A stretch of DNA of 64,000 bases, taken from the NCBI GenBank assembly GCA_003820645.1, contig RPOR01000004.1:6388-70387 (forward strand), in the 5' to 3' direction. A model generated the notes under the pieces. It saw nothing but the letters and a program-made list of their open reading frames with translations. It was not told where the DNA came from and ran no database searches. Origin of the DNA: Betaproteobacteria bacterium. GTDB lineage: Bacteria > Pseudomonadota > Gammaproteobacteria > Burkholderiales > SG8-41. A program made the position numbers and the translations under genes. Below, in pieces: positions 61,274-64,000 of this stretch (within the stretch, counting starts at the first letter, position 1; each line of letters begins with the position of its first letter).

Positions 61274-62278
61274 TCAGACGCGCAGCAGATGCACAGCAAA
61301 CTGCCGATCGGCATCGACCCAGACCTGCGCGGGACGGAACCCCGCCGCCTGCGCCAGCCGCTGGAATTGCTCGATCGAGTACTTGCACGAGTTTTCGGTG
61401 TGCATGCGTTCGCCGGCGGCAAACGCAAAGGTGCGGCCGCTGACGGTGACGGTCTGGGCGCGCAGGCTTTCAAGGTGCATTTCGATGCGTCCGGCGGCGG
61501 CGTCGTAAAACGCCACATGCCGGAACTGATCCAGATCGAAATCGGCGGCGAGCATGCGGTTGATGCGGCGCAGGAGGTTCAGGTTGAACTCGGCGGTCAC
61601 GCCCTGCGCATCGTTGTACGCCGCATGCAGCACCTGCGGATCCTTTTTCAGGTCCACGCCGACGAGCATTGCACCCTGCGCGCCGGCCAGGCTGCGTGCA
61701 CGGCCGAGGAAATCCTGCGCTTCGGCCATCGTCAGGTTACCGATGGTCGAGCCGGGAAAATAGATCACCCGATGCGAAGCCCTGACATGCGCGAGTTCGG
61801 GCATGCGCAACGGCTGCATGTAATCGGCGCAGATGGCGGTGATCGGCAGTGCGGGGAACGTCGCCGCCAGTCGCGCCGTCGAGGCGCGCAACGCATCGGC
61901 GGCAATGTCGACCGGCACATAGGCCGCAGGATGCAGCGTGCGCAGCAGCACTTCCGTCTTGACGCTGGCGCCGCTGCCGAACTCGATGAGCAGGGCGCCC
62001 TGGCTCAGCTGCGCCGCCATGTCGGCCGCGCAATCCCGCATCAGCGCCAGTTCGACGCGGGTCGGATAGTATTCGGGCAATTCGCAGATCGCCTCGAACA
62101 GTGCACAGCCCCGTGCATCGTAGAAATATTTGGGGGGCAGCGCTTTGGGTGTCGCGCCGAGTCCGGCGAGCACATCTTCAAGGAAGCGCTCAGCTGCCGG
62201 CTGCTGGTCCAGCACGGACACGGCGGGTGCATCGGCGGCAGGCGACCCGCCAGCTCTGACCGGGATGCCTGATGTCAT
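61274..62278 (-). CDS. egtD: L-histidine N(alpha)-methyltransferase (EgtD family)
   Basis: 'PKALPPKYFYDARGCALFEAICELPEYYPTRVELALM' and 'EFGSGAS' are EgtD-family signatures. No egtB-like gene is adjacent. Confidence 0.75.
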   Translation of the reverse strand: MTSGIPVRAGGSPAADAPAVSVLDQQPAAERFLEDVLAGLGATPKALPPKYFYDARGCALFEAICELPEYYPTRVELALMRDCAADMAAQLSQGALLIEFGSGASVKTEVLLRTLHPAAYVPVDIAADALRASTARLAATFPALPITAICADYMQPLRMPELAHVRASHRVIYFPGSTIGNLTMAEAQDFLGRARSLAGAQGAMLVGVDLKKDPQVLHAAYNDAQGVTAEFNLNLLRRINRMLAADFDLDQFRHVAFYDAAAGRIEMHLESLRAQTVTVSGRTFAFAAGERMHTENSCKYSIEQFQRLAQAAGFRPAQVWVDADRQFAVHLLRV

Positions 62279-62341
62279 GGGTGGTGCGGCGGCGTCACGG
62301 CTGTGCAGTGGAGGAACGGTGCGACTGCGCCACCGTGCCCC

Positions 62342-63211
62342 TCAACCCGAGGTATTCGCAGCGTAGCGGGTTTCCATCCACCGTTTGATGCGGTTGGCAT
62401 CCCCGATCCGCGTGAGCTTGCCCCAGGAATCGAGCAACACAATGATCACCGGCTTGCCGGCGATGTTCGCCTGCATCACCAGGCAGCGTCCCGCCTCGGA
62501 GATGTAACCGGTCTTGGACAATCCAATCCGCCAATCCGGGCTGCTCACCAGCCGGTTGGAATTGCGATAGACCGTCGGCTGGCCTTTGGCAGCCCGGATC
62601 GTCAATCCGCTGTCGGTCGTAAACTCGCGGATCAGCGGATACTGGTAGGCTGCAGCGACCATTTTGGTCAAATCCTGTGCGGTGGATACGTTGTCGCTTG
62701 ACAGACCGGTACCATCGACAAACCGGCTGCGCCACATGCCGAGCTCAACTGCTTTCTGATTCATCGCCGCGACAAACGCCGCGGTGCCCCCGGGGAATAC
62801 CCGGGTCAGCGCCTCCGCAGCGCGGTTCTCCGAGGCCATCAACGCCAGTTGCAGCAACTCCCCCCGGGTCAGCACTGTCCCGATGCGCAGCCGCGAGGTG
62901 GTACCCTTGATCAGGTCCTTGTCCGCCTCGCTGATGACGATCTGTTCAGTCAGCGGCAACCCGGCGTCAATCACCACCATCGCCGTCATCAGTTTGGTAA
63001 TGGAGGCGATCGGCACCACATTGTCGATATTCTTGGCAAACAGCGTCTGGCCAGCGGTCTGGTCGACGACCAGCGCCGCGGAAGACTTCAGCGCTGGCGC
63101 TTCGGCGCCACCCGCAACAGACTTGACCTTGCGGGTCTTGCGGTCCTGCGGTTCACTGAGCGCAGGCGACGTGGCCAGAATGGCAATCAGGAATACGAGC
63201 AGCCAGCGCAT
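62342..63211 (-). CDS. pbpG: D-alanyl-D-alanine endopeptidase (PBP7-like)
   Basis: Signal peptide from ATG 63211. 'PIASITKLMTAMVV' (SxxK) and 'MASENRAA' (SxN) motifs. Confidence 0.85.
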   Translation of the reverse strand: MRWLLVFLIAILATSPALSEPQDRKTRKVKSVAGGAEAPALKSSAALVVDQTAGQTLFAKNIDNVVPIASITKLMTAMVVIDAGLPLTEQIVISEADKDLIKGTTSRLRIGTVLTRGELLQLALMASENRAAEALTRVFPGGTAAFVAAMNQKAVELGMWRSRFVDGTGLSSDNVSTAQDLTKMVAAAYQYPLIREFTTDSGLTIRAAKGQPTVYRNSNRLVSSPDWRIGLSKTGYISEAGRCLVMQANIAGKPVIIVLLDSWGKLTRIGDANRIKRWMETRYAANTSG

Positions 63212-63379
63212 CGATAGGCCCTCCCCTCGAATGTTTTCATTAAATTCCCTTGTAAAATACAGGCTTAGGCTGGTTTTTTCAACAACTTTGATTGCCGTGC
63301 ATGGCACTCTGGAGTGCGGGATGCGAAAAAAATCACCGCAGGGTTAAGGAAAAAGCCACAAAAAACAACGCATCCAGGC

Positions 63380-63422
63380 AAAAAAAACTCCGCGCCGGAC
63401 AAATTAGGTTGTCCGGGCGGAG
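63380..63422 (-). terminator. rho-independent terminator on the minus strand with no annotated gene upstream of it
   Basis: Minus strand: CTCCGCCCGGACAA-cctaat-TTGTCCGGCGCGGAG (one bulged G) followed by eight T. Confidence 0.6.
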
Positions 63423-63662
63423 CTTAAAGAGACCCTGCAGACGACCCGCTCAGCACAGGTCACTGCAATTGCCGGGCCTCCGAGGAGGAAAAACCAGAAT
63501 CTGAGCCACAGCCAGCGCCGTCACGGCGACGCTGTCTCAACGCGATGAACATAGCGGGTCCGGCTTACGCCAAACTTACAGGCCGTCAGGTTGCAGCACA
63601 TTGCGCCTGTCAGCCCAGTATCATCAACATGATCCCGCAATCACCATTGAACCGACCGCCCC

Positions 63663-64000
63663 ATGCGCGTGCTGATCGTTGAAGACCACCCGATATTGGC
63701 TGACGGACTGATCATCGCGCTGAAAAGCGCCGATTACGCCGTGGACCATGCGGCCACCGGCGAGCAGGCCGACCACATGCTGGCGACCCAGACATACGAC
63801 GCGGTCATACTCGACATCGGCCTGCCCAAGCTCGACGGCTATGAAGTCCTGCGCCGGATGCGGCGTAAAGGCTCGAAGACGCCGGTGCTGATGCTGACGG
63901 CGCGGGATGCGCTGGAAGATCGGGTCAAGGGACTCGACCTCGGCGCCGACGACTACCTGACCAAGCCCTACGATCTGCCGGAACTGGAGGCGCGCGTACG
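63663..64000 (+). CDS. OmpR/PhoB-family response regulator, N-terminal receiver domain (3' end outside window)
   Basis: 'MRVLIVEDHPILADGL...YDAVILDIGLPKLDGYEVLRRMR...PVLMLTARD...GADDYLTKP' is a canonical receiver domain. The frame stays open to the window edge. Confidence 0.85.
   Translation, partial: MRVLIVEDHPILADGLIIALKSADYAVDHAATGEQADHMLATQTYDAVILDIGLPKLDGYEVLRRMRRKGSKTPVLMLTARDALEDRVKGLDLGADDYLTKPYDLPELEARV

Overview
High-GC, betaproteobacterium-like chromosomal window with about 60 genes. I saw no transposase, integrase, phage or CRISPR signal. Ordinary housekeeping blocks include argF'-argG, xseB-ispA-dxs-folE-ribBA, clpS-clpA with cspA, aceB, rluE, mnmA, degQ and pbpG. The main result is a selenium theme that the stop-delimited ORF track hides. 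(1) Three pairs of adjacent ORFs are each a single reading frame interrupted by one in-frame TGA at a redox-motif position. They are a GrdB-like protein (TPV-U-PNCTC), an AhpD/CMD-like protein (GCHY-U, with a GCRYC Cys paralog 1.1 kb away) and a glutaredoxin-like/DinB fusion (PG-U-SSC). Two of the three have a clean hairpin 11-15 nt after the TGA. (2) The decoding machinery is in the same window: selA, selB, a translationally coupled thioredoxin-reductase-like gene, and a 95-nt tRNA-Sec (anticodon TCA, 8-bp acceptor stem). (3) An eight-gene co-directional cluster lies divergent from the two-selenoprotein operon. It holds an ArsS-type radical SAM/Cys-rich protein, an SSF-like permease, a phosphoesterase-like protein, a TVP38-FAD disulfide reductase fusion, DUF547, a GT2-like transferase, a DUF2064 transferase-like protein and DUF3047. 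This matches the functionally unsolved 'rSAM/selenodomain-associated' neighbourhood, and no arsenic genes are present. Other points of interest: a stand-alone BPH/HslV-like Ntn hydrolase, an operon with four MmgE/PrpD paralogs around tcuA, an orphan egtD-MFS pair, an unrecognisable 458-aa protein, two tandem tiny Lys/Glu-rich secreted peptides, a frameshifted Bug-family gene, and several structured intergenic elements. All family calls come from reading the translations. No searches were run.
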